Shown here: in pieces, positions 29,356 to 39,901 of the stretch
Numbering within the stretch: the stretch's first letter is position 1
Layout of the letters: each line of letters starts with the position of its first letter
DNA from: an uncultured Candidatus Saccharibacteria bacterium
Lineage (GTDB): Bacteria; Patescibacteriota; Saccharimonadia; Saccharimonadales; Saccharimonadaceae
Length of the DNA stretch: 64,000 bases
NCBI GenBank assembly: GCA_963519435.1
Contig: CAUQMT010000003.1
Span: 48,516 to 112,515 of the forward strand
Direction of reading: 5' to 3'
Notes under the pieces: generated by a model
The model's database searches: none
What the model saw: the letters and a program-made list of their open reading frames with translations, nothing else
What the model was told of the DNA's origin: nothing
Made by a program: the position numbers and the translations under genes

Positions 29356-30333
29356 TTATTGCAGATAAGTATAAAGTTTTTTAGCGTCTTTATGTTTGCG
29401 TAGCTTCGCTAGCGCCTTAGCTTCAATCTGGCGAATTCGCTCGCGCGTCACTGCAAATTCTTGGCCGACCTCTTCGAGCGTGTGGCTCTTGCCATTATCC
29501 AGACCAAAGCGCATCCGCACAATCTTTTGCTCGCGATCGCTAAGCGTGCCTAGCAAATCCTTGACTTGTTCTTTCAATAATTGATTCGACGCCGATTCCT
29601 CCGGGCTAATCGTGCCCTCGTCCTCGATAAAGTCGCCCAGCACCGACTCGCCTTCATCATCGCCGTCGCGGCCGACACCAGCATCCAAGCTCGAAATGTC
29701 CTGCTTGATTTTCATGACATATTCGACTTTTTCTGGTTCCATCTCTAGCTCTTTAGCTAGCTCTTCAATCGTTGGCTCGCGATTCAGCTCCTGCGTCATG
29801 CGCCGCTGCGTGCGCAGCAATTTATTGATGGTTTCTACCATATGAACTGGAATACGAATCGTTCGCGCCTGATCAGCAATCGCCCGGGTAATCGCCTGGC
29901 GAATCCACCAGGTGGCATAAGTCGAGAATTTGAAGCCTTTATCTGGATCAAATTTTTCGACGGCGCGCAGCAAACCAGTGTGGCCTTCTTGAATCAAATC
30001 CAAGAAGTCTAAACCGCGGCCCGAATACCGCTTAGCGATCGAGACCACCAGACGCATATTTGCTTCGGCCATTTTATCTTTGGCTTTTTTGTCGCCTTCT
30101 TTGACGCGTTTTGCCAATTCTAGTTCTTCCTCGGCGCTCAGCAGCGGGATTTTGCCAATCTCGCGCAAATGCAGCCGCACTGAGTCGTCCGAAATATCAT
30201 CGAAATATTGATTAGCATTGAGTACATCTTCAGGAGTATCTTCGTCCATCAAATCGTTGATATCAGGCTCATTGATGTCCTGATCTTGTATATTGTCGTC
30301 AGATGGCTTCTGCGCTTGGTCGTCGTTTGTCAC
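29356..30333 (-). CDS. rpoD: Primary sigma factor (no region 1.1)
   Basis: [54 protein letters not shown]. Confidence 0.97.
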   Translation of the reverse strand: MTNDDQAQKPSDDNIQDQDINEPDINDLMDEDTPEDVLNANQYFDDISDDSVRLHLREIGKIPLLSAEEELELAKRVKEGDKKAKDKMAEANMRLVVSIAKRYSGRGLDFLDLIQEGHTGLLRAVEKFDPDKGFKFSTYATWWIRQAITRAIADQARTIRIPVHMVETINKLLRTQRRMTQELNREPTIEELAKELEMEPEKVEYVMKIKQDISSLDAGVGRDGDDEGESVLGDFIEDEGTISPEESASNQLLKEQVKDLLGTLSDREQKIVRMRFGLDNGKSHTLEEVGQEFAVTRERIRQIEAKALAKLRKHKDAKKLYTYLQ

Positions 30334-32059
30334 GAGCTTTCTCCTTGATTATGTTATTGAGTGCCGCACGCAACTCTCTAGCCGCTGCCTCATCGCCAGC
30401 AGCTTCAGCGTCGCGTAACTTAGCTAATAATTCTTGTTGAGTTTGTTTGTTATGTTTATCCTCTTTATCCCGCAGCAGTTGGCACATCGCGACATAGCGA
30501 TCGCCGCTATCCCATGCTGCATAACGCTCCTCAGCGCGCAATGATACCATTTTTACATAAATATCAGCTTTTTGCAACTTTTTAGGGCGATTTTGCGGAT
30601 CGTCTTCTTCGAGGAGTACCGTCGCTAATAACTCTCGCTCAGCGCTGCTCCATTGCTGGCGGCCAGCGCGGCGCAATTCTTCTAAACACCTAGCATCATA
30701 AAGCGCCAAAGCCAAAATGTTATCCTCTAGCACCGCCTGTTCGTTCTTAATAATCGATGTATTTGCAACAACGGGTTTGAAAGTTTGTTTCTTGACTGGC
30801 TCACCAGCTAATTTTTGGCGCACCGCCTCCTCGCTAGTATGCGACATAGTAGCTACCCGCTTGATATAGTATTCGCGCTCGACGGGGTCAGCTAGCCCGC
30901 GCACTACTCGCAGCGCTGCCGTAGTAAAAGTTCGCCGGCCAACCGCTGTATCCAAATCACAGCGCTCGGCATGCTGGCGCAATACCCATTCGACAGCCGG
31001 CTCATTGCGAGTTACCGCTTCGTGCCACGCCTGAACACTCGATTTGATCAATTCATCTGGGTCTTTAGCACCATCTGGCAACGAAATAATTGTTAGCTCA
31101 ACGCCCTCGTGCGAAGCCAGCTCAATTGCCCGCTCGGTCGCTGCCACACCCGCTTTATCGCTATCATAAGAGAGGCGAACATCGCTAGTCAGCCGTTTGA
31201 CCGCTTTGAGATGATTTTCAGTCATCGATGTGCCTGCGGTCGCGACTGTTTGCGCTACACCCGCTTGGTGGCTGCTAACTACATCCAAATTTCCCTCAAC
31301 CATCACTACGAAGCAACTTTTGCGGATCGCCTCTTTGGCTTGGCTCAACGCGAAAATATGACGACCCTTATCATATAGTAATGTCTGCGGCGTATTCAGA
31401 TATTTCGGCGCATTCGGCACATTGCCAATAATCCGCCCGGTAAAGCCAATTACTTGCCCGCCCTGATCCATCAACGGTATCATCATTCGACCGCGAAACA
31501 AATCTTTGCCATAGCGGTTTAATAGCCCCGCGTCGTTGATCTCTCGCTTAGTAAAACCTCTTTTTTCGAGCGCCGCCAGCAACGCCGTGCCGCTATCCGG
31601 CGCATAACCAATCTGAAAATTCTGAACAGTTTGCCGCGACAATCCTCGCTGCTTAAAAACATATTCAATCGCCTGCTGGCTACGCAATAAACTCTGTTGG
31701 AAATATCGTGCTGCTAGCTCGTTGGCTGCCAACAGCCGCTTTTTGTAGGCGGTGCGCTTCCTGGCACTAGCCGATTGATATTCGCTGAGGTCAACTCCAG
31801 CTTTGCGCGCCAAAAATTCCATCGCCTGGCGAAAATCCATCCCCTCGGCCTCCATTACAAAAGCGAAAACATCACCGCCTTTGTTGCTCGAGAAATCATG
31901 CCAAATATTTTTTTCAGGACTTACGAAAAAGCTAGGCGTTTTCTCGCCAGTAAACGGACTTAACCCCTTATAGCTGCGCCCTGCCCGCTTTAGCTCAACA
32001 TATTCGCCAATCACATCTTCGATATTGAGCCGCGAGCGAATTTCCTCCTTGGCATCCAT
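30299..32059 (-). CDS. dnaG: DNA primase
   Basis: [27 protein letters not shown]; precedes rpoD. Confidence 0.97.
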   Translation of the reverse strand: MDAKEEIRSRLNIEDVIGEYVELKRAGRSYKGLSPFTGEKTPSFFVSPEKNIWHDFSSNKGGDVFAFVMEAEGMDFRQAMEFLARKAGVDLSEYQSASARKRTAYKKRLLAANELAARYFQQSLLRSQQAIEYVFKQRGLSRQTVQNFQIGYAPDSGTALLAALEKRGFTKREINDAGLLNRYGKDLFRGRMMIPLMDQGGQVIGFTGRIIGNVPNAPKYLNTPQTLLYDKGRHIFALSQAKEAIRKSCFVVMVEGNLDVVSSHQAGVAQTVATAGTSMTENHLKAVKRLTSDVRLSYDSDKAGVAATERAIELASHEGVELTIISLPDGAKDPDELIKSSVQAWHEAVTRNEPAVEWVLRQHAERCDLDTAVGRRTFTTAALRVVRGLADPVEREYYIKRVATMSHTSEEAVRQKLAGEPVKKQTFKPVVANTSIIKNEQAVLEDNILALALYDARCLEELRRAGRQQWSSAERELLATVLLEEDDPQNRPKKLQKADIYVKMVSLRAEERYAAWDSGDRYVAMCQLLRDKEDKHNKQTQQELLAKLRDAEAAGDEAAARELRAALNNIIKEKARDKRRPSAEAI

Positions 32060-32113
32060 ACATTTTAGTATATCACTCTTTACCTCTGTTATCGGTTGTG
32101 GTTAAATATAGGT

Positions 32114-33016
32114 ATGAATCAGGACCCTTACACCAATCCGCAACAACCGTATTCGCAGGGTTCTGCTAATAATTTACCGCCAGAAAACCCGCAGCAGCCA
32201 GCCGCACCGTACAATCAAGTCTACGGCCAGCAAACACCGCAGCAGCAAACGGCGCCTAATCTGTATTACAATAGCCAAGCCGCCCAGCCGCAGCAGCCGG
32301 CATACCCGCAGCAAACATCCAGCCTGGCAGCTAATCAGCCTGATCAACTACCGCAAATTAACCAAACCGCGCCATCGTACGACACAGGACCGCAGCCGCT
32401 AAGCACCTTCCCAGTTTACGCCAGCAGCTCGGATGATGATTATAATACTGTTGACTACCTTAACCGCATCGCTCCGCAAGAACAGCACACCATCAATCGA
32501 ATCGCTATATTTGCGCTCATTGGCACTGTTATTGCTAGCGTTATCATCATTTTGATTCTAATCATCAACCCTGGCGCATCTGATGCCAACAGTCTAATCC
32601 AGCCGATCCGCGACCGCACTGATACACTGAACAAAGTCGTCGATGAAAACGAAGGCCGCCTGACGCAGACTGAAATTGCCGAGGCCAACACTGCGCTCAA
32701 CAGCACCCTGACGACCATGCAGACCCGGCTAGACGCCATCATCAAAGAGCGCAAAATCCAGAAAAAATCCTCTAGTACCGAAAAAAGCTACCTAGAAGCC
32801 CTGCAGAAAAAGCTCAACGATTCCTACCAAAAAGGCAAGCTCGACAGTAGCTACGCCACCGCCATGACTTACGAATTAACCATTTTAAAGTCGCAACTCA
32901 ACAAGCTTAAAAAGGTTAGCGACTCCAAATCAATCCGCTCGTTCTGCGACGAATCCATTAATAATATCAATGTTATTCTCAAAGCTTACCACGACTTCGC
33001 TTCAACCAAGCAGTAG
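32114..33016 (+). CDS. Hypothetical single-pass membrane protein (Q/P-rich N-terminus, coiled-coil C-terminus)
   Basis: DYLNRIAP then TM IAIFALIGTVIASVIIILILII. Confidence 0.75.
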   Translation: MNQDPYTNPQQPYSQGSANNLPPENPQQPAAPYNQVYGQQTPQQQTAPNLYYNSQAAQPQQPAYPQQTSSLAANQPDQLPQINQTAPSYDTGPQPLSTFPVYASSSDDDYNTVDYLNRIAPQEQHTINRIAIFALIGTVIASVIIILILIINPGASDANSLIQPIRDRTDTLNKVVDENEGRLTQTEIAEANTALNSTLTTMQTRLDAIIKERKIQKKSSSTEKSYLEALQKKLNDSYQKGKLDSSYATAMTYELTILKSQLNKLKKVSDSKSIRSFCDESINNINVILKAYHDFASTKQ

Positions 33017-33019
33017 CAG

Positions 33020-33358
33020 CTATTCCGTCACCAGCCGATAACTTAACCGCGCCAGATCAAAAAGTTCTTCGTCGCTGAGCTGGCCGCTGCAAATCACCGT
33101 AATCCAGTGTTTTTTATTAAGATGAAAGCCCGGCTGAACCGATTCGTACTTTTGTTGTAACTTTAACGACAATTGCGGATCACATTTCAAGCTAATCCGT
33201 AACGGTTTTGAATTTTCGGCTATCAACGCAAACATCTTTTCGCTTTGGCCAGCATCTTTGCGGCCGACTTTGTACACAGCCACCTTATCGCCAAACGGAT
33301 AGTCCAACCAGGCGCCTGGCAAACTTAGCAAAAACTCTTCAAACTGTTGGTGCGTCAT
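33020..33358 (-). CDS. MmcQ/YjbR family DNA-binding protein
   Basis: DYPFG; KMFAL; SLKCDP; PGFHLNKKHWITV; start overlaps corA stop. Confidence 0.9.
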   Translation of the reverse strand: MTHQQFEEFLLSLPGAWLDYPFGDKVAVYKVGRKDAGQSEKMFALIAENSKPLRISLKCDPQLSLKLQQKYESVQPGFHLNKKHWITVICSGQLSDEELFDLARLSYRLVTE

Positions 33359-34221
33359 AGCCATTTGCTCCGTATAAAGTATACCAGCATCAATATCGGC
33401 AAAACGACCAGCAGCGCCATCGTTATCCAAAACATTACATCGCTATGAAACGGCAGCTGCGAAAAATTCATGCCTGCCAGACCCGTCAAAAAAGACATTG
33501 GCATAAATATCGTCGTTACAATCGTCAAACGCTTCATTACATCATTCATTCGATTAGACACTACCGACAAATACATATCCAGCGCACTAGTCAATAGATC
33601 GCGCATGGTATCGATTAGCTCGTGCACGCGCCAAGCGTAATCGTAGCTGTCGCGCGCATAAATCGCGCACTTTTCATCAAAAACACCGTATCGGCCGTTA
33701 CTCAAACCATTCAGCATATTCATCAGCGGCAAAATCACCTTGCGCAAATCCGCTAGCTGGCGCTTATACACAAAAAGCTGCTGCAACTGATGCTTGCCCG
33801 GATCGCGAATCATTGTATCTTCTAATTGATCGGTTACATCGTCAATTGAATTAAGAATCGGCATATACTGTTCGACTGTAAATTGAATCATCGTTGCTGC
33901 GATTAGCGACGGCGACAGAGCACCTGGCCGGTACGCTTCAATCCGCTCGGCAACCTCGCTATCTAATTCATCGCGGTGCAAAGTGATAACTTTGTTTTTG
34001 CTGAGCAAAATCGTCAACCCTTGCCAATGAACATTGCGGCGTTCAATACTGGGGATTTCCGCCTTAATCAGTAGCCAATCGCCGCCTTCGACCGCTTGCG
34101 GCAGCCAACGGTTCTCAATCAGAATCCGCCGTTGCAACTCCGATAAGTTTAATTTTTCAATTAAACTTTGCCGTACTTCTAGCGAATCCTCGCCGATATC
34201 ATGCCATATTTTATCTATCAC
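33355..34221 (-). CDS. corA: CorA family Mg/Co transporter
   Basis: SNRMNDVMKRLTIVTTIFMPMSFLTGLAGMNF (GMN motif). Confidence 0.9.
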   Translation of the reverse strand: MIDKIWHDIGEDSLEVRQSLIEKLNLSELQRRILIENRWLPQAVEGGDWLLIKAEIPSIERRNVHWQGLTILLSKNKVITLHRDELDSEVAERIEAYRPGALSPSLIAATMIQFTVEQYMPILNSIDDVTDQLEDTMIRDPGKHQLQQLFVYKRQLADLRKVILPLMNMLNGLSNGRYGVFDEKCAIYARDSYDYAWRVHELIDTMRDLLTSALDMYLSVVSNRMNDVMKRLTIVTTIFMPMSFLTGLAGMNFSQLPFHSDVMFWITMALLVVLPILMLVYFIRSKWL

Positions 34222-34769
34222 GCTTTCACCTTTTTTAAATAATACTTCAGCTCCATGATGCTGCCGCGGATGTCCTCCAGCGCCCGATGGTCCTCTGGCT
34301 TGGCAAATTTCTTGCCATATTTGCCCTCAAACACTACTTTCCAAGCACTGACATCCAACATCCGATAGTGTAGTCTTTTTGACAACGCAGGCCACCATTG
34401 GTCGATAAACCGCCGGTCTTGGTGAATTGAATTACCACCCAGTAAAATCCGCGGCTCATCTGCAAAATATTCATCACAAAACGCCAGCAGCTCACGCTCC
34501 ACCTCGGCCAACGGCTTGCCCGAGGCATTTTGTTCCTCCAGCCCAAGCCGCGCCGCTGGATGTTCATTCCAAAAGCTAGCATTTCGATCAAGCAATTTCC
34601 TTAGTTTCTCTGGGTCGTGTTGTACAACTCCCTCATATGTCGCAATTTCCGTAAAATCCCAATCAGTGGCAATCGCCGCCACCTCCAAAATCTCATCGTG
34701 CACCGGATCTAGCCCGGTCATCTCCAAATCCATCCACAGAATTTTTTTCGGCTTAAAACTCGCTTTCAT
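34218..34769 (-). CDS. orn: Oligoribonuclease
   Basis: WMDLEMTGLD; GNSIHQDRRF; HYRMLDVS; HRALEDIRGSI. Confidence 0.95.
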   Translation of the reverse strand: MKASFKPKKILWMDLEMTGLDPVHDEILEVAAIATDWDFTEIATYEGVVQHDPEKLRKLLDRNASFWNEHPAARLGLEEQNASGKPLAEVERELLAFCDEYFADEPRILLGGNSIHQDRRFIDQWWPALSKRLHYRMLDVSAWKVVFEGKYGKKFAKPEDHRALEDIRGSIMELKYYLKKVKA

Positions 34770-34859
34770 ATCTCTAGTATACTACTTTTTGGCGTCATAG
34801 TAATCTCGAGAAAACTGCTCTGGCACCTGCTGCAACAAACGCTCTAATACAAAGAAAAT

Positions 34860-34954
34860 ACCCCTCCTGGCGCGAAGAGGGGTCTGCCGCCCCAGCGGAG
34901 ATTGCAGCCGAAAACGGCCGGTCAATCCCCGCTGGGGCGGGATGGGAGGGTAAT
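34860..34954 (-). terminator. Structured 3' trailer and terminator of cassette 1
   Basis: Long hairpin CCGCCCCAGCGGGGATTG...CAATCTCCGCTGGGCGG, then ACCCCTC/GAGGGGT followed by ATTTTC. Confidence 0.7.
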
Positions 34955-35299
34955 TCACACGAGACTATCGTAAATTACCCTCACTACGTCCCACCCGTCT
35001 CGTGGGTAGTAATGAAGTTTTTTGACCTCAGCCAAGCTGGGGTCAAAAAAACTCATAGACTGAGGAGGTTTTTCAGTTTCAATATTTCTCACCTCCTCAA
35101 TCATCCCCAACCCCGAGAACCGGAGACGCGTAAGCACGCCTCCGGTCCTCGGGTACACCCGCCACACCCACACATACGTGGGCGGACGGGGAACAATAAA
35201 ATCGAGCGGGACATAGTCCCACTCGAAGAACAACCCCAAGTAAGTAAAAAACTCGAGGAATGATTCAATTGCTAGGGGCGGCTCCCTTTTCTCGGCCAT
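34955..35299 (-). CDS. Hypothetical 114-aa protein (cassette 1)
   Basis: SD GAGGAGG; own promoter and terminator. Confidence 0.7.
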   Translation of the reverse strand: MAEKREPPLAIESFLEFFTYLGLFFEWDYVPLDFIVPRPPTYVWVWRVYPRTGGVLTRLRFSGLGMIEEVRNIETEKPPQSMSFFDPSLAEVKKLHYYPRDGWDVVRVIYDSLV

Positions 35300-35482
35300 C
35301 TCTGGCCTCCTCTCTGCCCCCTTCCGGGGCGGTCAGCGGAGCTCGATCCTGTACCGAGCCCTCTTTAGCGCCGTGAAAACCACCGTTTCGCAGCATCAAA
35401 GAGGGCTCGATTCTACGTCTATATTAAAGTGCGCCAGAGACCGGCGGCATCGCCCCCAGCCCCTCGCCGGTATTATAACACA
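35300..35482 (-). promoter_or_regulatory. Extended -10 promoter and about 165-nt structured leader of cassette 1
   Basis: TGTGTTATAAT (-10 at 35472-35477); 12-bp IR 35355-35366/35398-35409; GCACTTTAATA at 35422-35432. Confidence 0.65.
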
Positions 35483-35558
35483 TTCTTGCAATTACTACCA
35501 TAATAATGTTAAGCACTAGCGCGAAGCAGCCAAGTCCCTCTCAGCCCGCACCCAAAAA

Positions 35559-36233
35559 CTACCGCCGCTGGCGCCGAAGGTTGCTATCCAACCACGCATA
35601 GCGAGCAGCTAGCCATCCTAAATACTCCTCGCGGCTGTGCAATATTGGGTGTCTCTCGTCCATACCACCTTCTCTGTCATCCACAATAATCGCTTTATCA
35701 AGCCATAACCTTTCAGCTTCTGCTCTTTGTTCGGGAGTTACTAATGACGGATCACCCGGTTCGCCGCCTCCCGCACCGCCGGTATGAGCGGTCGCTACTT
35801 CCCAAAAAAGGTTGTTAGGACTGTGACCACCGACACCCCTTAGCTTGGTAACTACTGTTACATCGCTTGTTGTCTGAATATCCCATTCAGCAACATCTTC
35901 TGTAGAGATCAGCTGCGAATAGCCTGAACGACCTTTTCTTACTGCATAAAAAACGCCACCTCTGTTGCTATCATCAATGCAAACTAGTCCGTTGCTAAAC
36001 GTATATTCAGTTTCTTTGGTGTGAACAATTTTTCTATCATCTGGCTGCGGTTGTATTTCGGCAATCACCTCTGGCAAAACGTCTTCAAAATTTGCCCGCT
36101 CAACAGGATCTGCTGGATAATGTATATGTGAACGTGCTGAGTCAAACCTGTCGACGACAGGCTGTCCATCTCTGAAGTAGCCAACAACTGGCCGGCTGCG
36201 GCCGCTGATAATCAAACTTTTACGTTGTTCCAT
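35559..36233 (-). CDS. Hypothetical protein
   Basis: 224-aa ORF; SD GGAGG; motifs SHIH, YAVRKGR, EPGDP. Confidence 0.7.
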   Translation of the reverse strand: MEQRKSLIISGRSRPVVGYFRDGQPVVDRFDSARSHIHYPADPVERANFEDVLPEVIAEIQPQPDDRKIVHTKETEYTFSNGLVCIDDSNRGGVFYAVRKGRSGYSQLISTEDVAEWDIQTTSDVTVVTKLRGVGGHSPNNLFWEVATAHTGGAGGGEPGDPSLVTPEQRAEAERLWLDKAIIVDDREGGMDERHPILHSREEYLGWLAARYAWLDSNLRRQRR

Positions 36234-36248
36234 GCTTTTGGCCTCCGA

Positions 36249-38111
36249 TTATAACGACTTATATTCTCCGCAAGCTGCGCACCACGAGGTTACTTTGGTT
36301 ATCAACTCGTTTAGCTTTTTAGCAGAGTTTTCGTCCTCGTAGGCAACATACCTCAGATCAATTGTTAGCGCCAACCGTTGTTTTTGAAGCTCGGCTGGAA
36401 GTTCATTGCCAAAAGATTCCATATAAGCTACAAGATTCTCCACCTCTGCGTAAAAAGCTCGTTCGCGCTTGGCAGCCTCTTCTTGTTTTTGTTGTTCAGC
36501 ACGGATTTGGCTAGCTTTTTCACGCACCTCCTCTGGCGAAACAATCACAAGACTTGTCCAGGTTTCGTAACCGATGGATTCCTTCTTCTCTACTTGGCAC
36601 ATAATTTGCTGCCCGCTCGGTATTTCAAAAGCTTCCGGATCTATATCAAGAATATTATCGACATTAACTGTTCTGTAGCTGAAATACGGGCCCGTGTATT
36701 TTTCGTTTCTTTGATATTCTACCTCTAGTTTTTCATCGCCGCTCGTGACGTAATCAGGGTAGAGACGATTAATATCGTCAACAGTCTCTTGTCCGCAAGA
36801 TTCTGCGGCAGTAAAGCTAGCAACTCCTTCAGCAATCTCGCTGATTCTGCGAAGTTCGCCGTTTTCATCTGTCAAACCGACTGCCGCGAGATGCTCGGCA
36901 ATCCGCGTTTCCAAATCTTCATCACTGAATTCTCTAAACGGTTGACCCGACTTTCTGGTAAGCCTCGCCAAATAGGTATTGGTACGACCCATGAGCCTCG
37001 TCCTATTATTTTTTGCGATGTATTCTACGACGAAATTAGCCATTTCCTCGCTAGGCTCAGCTGCAATCCGTTGTTCGCCCAACTGGAGCAATCCGTTGTC
37101 CAACACGGATTCTACTAACCTAACCGGCTTATCGTCGCTGCCTACCACAAAACCTCTGTCTTCATCAGCAAACAGCTGCGGAGCAACCTCCCGCAGGTCG
37201 CTTAATTTAACATTGGTGATACCTTTTAGAACTGGTATTTTAGCCTCTTTACCATTCTGTCGAAAACATATATCCTCTGGATCAGCCACCACCAGCTGGC
37301 CCATTTTAATCAGCGATCGCTGGCTCCGTTTTCTTTCTTCGCCTTCACTATTGCGATAAAGCCTGCCTTTATCTGTATCTACTAGTCTATAAGTATCTAC
37401 GGCGAACACTTCAGATCGTGTGTAGTTGCTACTTACTAAATCTGTTATCTTCATCTGGCGCCATAATTTATCGGCGCTGCCAGCTATTATACATTTCACT
37501 ATCTGCTTGCGCTCTTCATCAGATGGAAGCGTCAAGTCGCATTCAGCTAACCCCTGCTGATTTTTCAAGCGGCGCAATTCTCGATTAACCTTACCAGGAA
37601 CGCCTGGCCGTATATCGTGTCCGAGCAGCTCTTCCCTCGTCATATTTTGTATAGACGCCAACACTTCTAGTTGCTTCAACCAATCGGAATCATTGTATCT
37701 TGGGTCTATTAGATTTCTCCAGCGTTCCTCGCATGGTCTCTTCTTGCTGCCGTACACAACCAAGTCTGCCGGTGTTTTCTGCAAGGCCACTATAGCGGCA
37801 ACTTGCATTCGCACTGTTTCAGGGAAACGTTCTGCTTCGGCCAGCATACGGGCGTGCTCGGGACTTTCGCTGGTAAATTGTTCCATCTGGCGGCCAACCT
37901 CGGTCAATTCGCCATTTTCGTCAAGCGCGCCGAGGCGCTGTAATTTCTCTACTGGCACGTCGTCTCTAGTGTAATCCAGTACAGCCGCGCTAGCTACTGT
38001 GTCGTCCGGGTTTGTGCCATCGCTAGATTCTCGTACAGCCATCTCGGGATTGGGACGTTTCGGAGCACCAAACAAATCTCCTGGGGTTGGTATTTTTCTT
38101 CCTTCGCTCAT
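36249..38111 (-). CDS. Protein with DEAH-helicase C-terminal (HA2/OB-like) region but no ATPase core
   Basis: LQRLGALDENGELTEVGRQM...HARMLAEA; IVKCIIAG; no Walker A or DEAH motif. Confidence 0.6.
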   Translation of the reverse strand: MSEGRKIPTPGDLFGAPKRPNPEMAVRESSDGTNPDDTVASAAVLDYTRDDVPVEKLQRLGALDENGELTEVGRQMEQFTSESPEHARMLAEAERFPETVRMQVAAIVALQKTPADLVVYGSKKRPCEERWRNLIDPRYNDSDWLKQLEVLASIQNMTREELLGHDIRPGVPGKVNRELRRLKNQQGLAECDLTLPSDEERKQIVKCIIAGSADKLWRQMKITDLVSSNYTRSEVFAVDTYRLVDTDKGRLYRNSEGEERKRSQRSLIKMGQLVVADPEDICFRQNGKEAKIPVLKGITNVKLSDLREVAPQLFADEDRGFVVGSDDKPVRLVESVLDNGLLQLGEQRIAAEPSEEMANFVVEYIAKNNRTRLMGRTNTYLARLTRKSGQPFREFSDEDLETRIAEHLAAVGLTDENGELRRISEIAEGVASFTAAESCGQETVDDINRLYPDYVTSGDEKLEVEYQRNEKYTGPYFSYRTVNVDNILDIDPEAFEIPSGQQIMCQVEKKESIGYETWTSLVIVSPEEVREKASQIRAEQQKQEEAAKRERAFYAEVENLVAYMESFGNELPAELQKQRLALTIDLRYVAYEDENSAKKLNELITKVTSWCAACGEYKSL

Positions 38112-38138
38112 TGTAAGTCTCTTATCTTTCAGTCTATA

Positions 38139-39572
38139 TTAATTATTGAATTTATTCTGTAGAGCTGCTAATAAACTATCCATATCTTGGGAATTTATCT
38201 CTGCGTCGCGTTTGGCTTGCGCTTCGTCGTTTAAGTCTCCTTCTGTAAAGCCCCAGCCATCACCGATTGACGGCGATTCCTTACCAGACATACCAGTTGC
38301 ACCATCCCACTCTTCGGCTATAGATTTCTGGATAGCTTCTATTCGCTCAAGCTGCTCTCTTGTAATACCCTGCGGCGGCTCGTAACGCACGCCAAACCCA
38401 TGCGGAGCGGCCGTGTAAGCTTTCTCGTGCGTAAGAATCACTACACTTTCGTTAAGAACTTCCGGGCCCCACGTTTTATAGTCATCGCGGCGATAGCCAG
38501 ATTCGCTAGGCTCAACAAGCTCGCCGTCAGCACCTATCACGTAGGCTATGCTTCTACCAGTCATACCATTTGTACGCGTAAAAAACGAGAGTGTATATGG
38601 TAAATCGTGGCGCGTCTCGCGCTCGCCAGAACGACTAGTACCACAAAGCGGCACTATCTGCCACACCTTTTCATACCATTGTTCTGCCCGTCTACCTGCT
38701 GATTGAATAATTGCCGAACGCTGTTCTGGCGACTGAAAACCGCGCTCTGCTTCGTCAAGCATCGCTAGAATACCAACCGCCTGCTCGCGCAGAGCTGGAT
38801 CTCGAATATTATCTATATATTTACCTAATTCTTTGCGTATCGACAAAATTTCTTTCTGTGCCTCAGGAGTAATTGTTTTCTCTTTTAATTCTAAGGCCTT
38901 GATTCTGATAACTTCGCGGTTAATTTCTGACGTGTATAGCTTACCGCTATGCGTCACTCTTTGCTCTTCTTGCAGCCATCGATCGTCGTCATCAGGCAAA
39001 ACGGCGTTACCGCGTCTCAAGGTCGCTTCTGCAGACATATCTATTCCAAGCTCTTCGCCGATAGCTTGCCGCATATCTTTTAGTTCGTCGTCGCGCCAGC
39101 TATTGACTCGGCGGCGGCTGCCATGCGGCCCTTCATGCTGCAATCTATACAGCTGATTCATCCGAAGGATTGTCGCTAAACCCGCCACCGATAATTGCTC
39201 AGACACTACCACTAGATTAGGATGTTCCTCATCTTTTTCATCTCTGTTATAGTACCAATCGGCTAGTTCAATAGTCTGGCGGACCGGATGCCTTTCACTC
39301 GCTTTACTCAAGAGATGGTCCGACCGTCTCCAATCCCACGCTGTATAAGTATCTAGCTCGTAATCATCATTACGCCTAGAAGACGTCCATGTTTCTACAT
39401 ATTCATGCAATACACGCGCAGGCTGCCCAACCGTAAAATCTGGCAATTCATATCCGTGGCCGTCTCTAGCTTTTCTGTACGCCACACGCGCAAATTCCTG
39501 CTGAAAGCCGCTAACATCACCCAGCAATTCTGGCGTGACACGGCTTTCTGAATTTAGCCTCTTTGGGCTCAT
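38139..39572 (-). CDS. Hypothetical protein
   Basis: Long ORF; likely start ATG 39572 (MSPKRL) after CAGGAG/TATACT. Confidence 0.7.
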   Translation of the reverse strand: MSPKRLNSESRVTPELLGDVSGFQQEFARVAYRKARDGHGYELPDFTVGQPARVLHEYVETWTSSRRNDDYELDTYTAWDWRRSDHLLSKASERHPVRQTIELADWYYNRDEKDEEHPNLVVVSEQLSVAGLATILRMNQLYRLQHEGPHGSRRRVNSWRDDELKDMRQAIGEELGIDMSAEATLRRGNAVLPDDDDRWLQEEQRVTHSGKLYTSEINREVIRIKALELKEKTITPEAQKEILSIRKELGKYIDNIRDPALREQAVGILAMLDEAERGFQSPEQRSAIIQSAGRRAEQWYEKVWQIVPLCGTSRSGERETRHDLPYTLSFFTRTNGMTGRSIAYVIGADGELVEPSESGYRRDDYKTWGPEVLNESVVILTHEKAYTAAPHGFGVRYEPPQGITREQLERIEAIQKSIAEEWDGATGMSGKESPSIGDGWGFTEGDLNDEAQAKRDAEINSQDMDSLLAALQNKFNN

Positions 39573-39654
39573 CGTAAGTATACTCCTGTCTCTCGAGCCT
39601 TGACTGCTCGTTACCGCCGGCCGAATCGGTCGAAGATAATAAACTTTCAAGGAT

Positions 39655-39901
39655 TAATCCCCCGCATTTTACTGGCGCGGGGGGAGCCAGATAGGGCAGC
39701 GCGGCGCTAACTCGCCAGTGCTGCATTGAAAGGACCCCGAGTTAGCGGGAAGAGATGGTAGTGATACGTGAATAGGTGACGAACCATTTCACACGTATTC
39801 AACACCTTTAGCTCTCTCCAGAGCGAACGAATTTTTCGGACGAAGCCTACTCAATCCGTTTTTTCCCGGGTTACTGCCGGTTCAGTGTGACCGGGAAAGG
39901 G
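39655..39901 (-). ncRNA. About 250-nt structured 3' trailer of cassette 2, ending in a GC hairpin
   Basis: Hairpins TTTCCCGG/CCGGGAAA, CGCTAACTCG/CGAGTTAGCG and CCCCGC/GCGGGG; segments complementary to the 5' leader. Confidence 0.6.
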
